From: Sphyrna mokarran
Taxonomy: Eukaryota
Assembly: GCA_024679065.1 (NCBI GenBank)
Contig: JAGIQG010000017.1
Location: forward strand, 33,852,001 to 33,916,000
Length of the DNA: 64,000 bases
Direction of reading: 5' to 3'
The position numbers and the translations under genes were made by a program. The notes beneath the pieces were generated by a model. It did not search any database and was not told the DNA's origin. It saw only the letters and a program-made list of their open reading frames with translations. The stretch's first letter is position 1. Each line of letters begins with the position of its first letter. Below, piece after piece: positions 61,201-64,000 of the stretch.

Positions 61201-62726
61201 GATAAAGATTAGACACAAAAAGCTGGAGTAATAAATGAAATAGCCTGATTAACATTGCTGGGTTTGAAAGGAAATGAGAAAATTATTTAACTTGTATTTT
61301 GACTTAGCTATGAAGCAAGTTATTGAGTGAATTATGTAACAATGGCAACAGTGTTCATTTGAAAATTTCTGTTGACTCAGTCATGAATTTCACTGAAAGA
61401 TTCAGGATCAGGATAAACCAATATGGTTTATTGTAATTCTGTAGTCAAGAATAGTAGTCACCATTACAAACTTAGCCCAATGCATGTAAACAAAATGATT
61501 CTGTTGCAGGAATCATGTGCAGTTAGCTGTAATAGTACAGTTAGTTTGCAACAGTGCACTGATAGTCACAGCACAAATGGAATGTCAGGCTAGGCGATGG
61601 AAGGAATAAATTTGCTTCCACACAAATCATGGTGGTATTTGTTTCCTGCCACTCCCACTCACCCCCAACCCCCATCTCAGTTTCACAGAATTTTGGATTA
61701 TAATAGGCTGGAACAGAGGAAAAAGTAGGTTTATTGAATATTCCTCTCAAGAAGTTTCATGAACTTCAGGTTGGGCCTTTGCCATAGATACTGGTGGACC
61801 ATTATAGAAAGGGCGAAAATTGCCCTCTTTGTTGTTTGCAGTGTTTCAAACTAATTTTTATACTTGTGTTTCACTGCCGATAACAAATAGGGCAAGTATA
61901 CCTTAAATAGATGAAGATATTTAAATAACTTTGAGCCCCCCGGTTTATCAGGTATCTAGTAGGGGTGACTCATTTATTTATTTATTTAAAGTAATATACA
62001 TGTAAGGACGTTCAAGCACTTATATCGTGCATTGCACTCAATGCTGTCATCCATTTAAGTAAGCTGGAATGTATCTGCCAACAGACAGCAAAAGATCAGT
62101 ATCTGCACGACTAGTTCTTATTAGTTAAGATTATCAATGATGACAAGCACTAAGCTTTTCCATTCCATCTGTTGCTCAGACAGCTCTAAACGAGGAGGAA
62201 AAGGCATTCCATTCATAATTTCTATCTGCAAGTGCAAAATATTATAAGGAACTGTAAATCAATGTTAATCCAGACATAATGCTGATAAACTGGGGCATTT
62301 TCAACCTCATTTATTGTAAAAAAAAATTTTTTTAAATTGTAACCCAACAATTAAGGTGCAAGTTTCATACCATTTGAGCCAAGTTTGAGGAACTGTGAAC
62401 TAAACCAGCCTTTGACAAATTGGCTTGCACTTTGGGATTGCAGATGCTCATCTCCCATTTCAATTAACATCTTGGGATCTTAATTATATTTAACAGACAT
62501 TTAATAATATGGACATGGATTGTACCACATATTGAAACATATTGAATGGTTATAAGCTCTGAGCATTTAACCCAAAATAAACATTCTTTGTATTTGCTCG
62601 TTTGACCTTTGACTGATGCTTAATATCTCTGGGAAAAATACGCTGTATCTATTCTTCTCTATTTTAACGGGAAGAGGACTTATTGGGAAAGTGGAATATA
62701 AACCAAGTTAAAGGGCATTCATGCCA

Positions 62727-62826
62727 GCAGGATTTTCTGGCCTCGTTGCAGCAAATGGAGATTTGTTTGAGTGTCAAATTCTTTGTTCTCCCTTGCATCA
62801 GTGTGAATGGCTGGAAAATCCTGGCC
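62727..62826. mobile_element. About 100-bp MITE-like element
   Basis: Inverted ends caggattttctggcc / ggctggaaaatcctg. Confidence 0.55.
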
Positions 62827-64000
62827 AAAGTGGTTGCCAGTGCACTTATTTCACAATGTTACTAGGTTCATAATGCAAACTGAAAAGTGTCACAGCAAAG
62901 GATCGTTTTATGGGACAGTCTGATGAAACTTTGCATTGGAGTATAAAGGGCAGTAATTAACATCAATCCAATAAAATTAATATTTTAAACAATTGTTAAA
63001 GCAATAGGCAATATTGCATATAAATTGCAATAAAATATAAATATAATTTCAGAACAATGTCTACTACTGTTTTTGTAGTTTATCAAAACATACCAGTTTG
63101 CATTTAAATGCTACACACAGGATCTTTGGATGTTGCAAGTGGCTACTAATTGTTGCATTGCTTGTCATGGTAATAAAAAATGCAAGAGTATGCAGACTGC
63201 TTAATTATGGGTTTGTGTCAGTTCGCCATATGAATAATATCACAACATCTCACCACACTCATTTAGCATGCCTAGAACTCGTTTTCATATGAAAACAGCT
63301 TTGCCCTAATACTAATACATCACCTTATTTAATATTGTAAATACTGTTTGTATGAAGGTCATGATCTGTACCATACATTGGAATGTATGAATGGGATTAC
63401 GGACTGAGCAATTATTAATCAGCATTTCATTTTAAATTTCATAGTTTCAATTATTTCTGTGATATATTTTAATTTGTTGAATCATCAAATGAATTGCACC
63501 GTTGTCTCAATCATTTTATTGCACCCTGTTCTAACAGTGTGTTGTGCCATGAATCTAGACTATATAGTCCTTTGGACTATATGCTGAAAGTAATAAATTT
63601 GTTATATTTTTGGGGCATAAACATTCCTGTAGACTTTTCAAACATGGGGATACAGCCATGCATCATTTAACAACATTACTAAATTAGCTGCAAAACTAAT
63701 ATTTCTGTTAGGATCATGCTTAAATTCATTTTTATTCCAAACTTTGATACATATTCATGTGCCATAATTTTACCGTTAATAAGCATGTGAATCCTTACAA
63801 AATTATTTGGTATCATTTATATCATGGAACAACTAAGGAGACCAGTAACTTGAGAGCTGTCAGCACTGAGATTTCTTGGGCTGTTGCACTAGTCTTCTTC
63901 ACCTGAAACGCGAGGGGGTGGGAGTGGGGGTGGGGGGGAATCACATTTAGTGAATAAATAAATTACTCAGGCTATGCATCATTCAAATCCTTAAGGATTA

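Noticed and set aside
1-64000. The many 60-150 aa ORFs as host genes
   Set aside because: None resembles a cellular protein I recognise. The longer ones cluster in GC-rich transposon remnants where stop codons are rare.

Overview
Eukaryotic, AT-rich, non-coding DNA from a cartilaginous fish. HE1/V-type SINEs with a CR1 (HER1-like) partner point to a shark; a carcharhiniform such as Mustelus is my guess from memory of these repeats. I found no intact host protein-coding gene, rRNA, tRNA or CRISPR array, and almost all ORFs in the track are chance ORFs or transposon debris. The window is an intron or gene-desert-like stretch containing: (i) three decayed two-gene PIF/Harbinger transposons (Myb/SANT gene on +, HARBI1-like DDE transposase on -) plus many related MITE-like elements; (ii) 3' fragments of CR1, CR1/L2-group, L2 and Rex1/Babar LINEs; (iii) several tRNA-derived SINE families, including an LF-SINE-like relic; (iv) a solo LTR with a perfect 5-bp target-site duplication (TSD); (v) palindromic Penelope-type elements with hammerhead-ribozyme vestiges; (vi) multi-kb transposon-poor blocks that may hold conserved enhancers. 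The most unusual pattern is three separate cases of nearby unique sequence (75-205 bp) copied into Harbinger-type elements. Family names come from motif recognition by eye, not database searches, and many boundaries are approximate. I see no demonstrable new biological system, only testable candidates.
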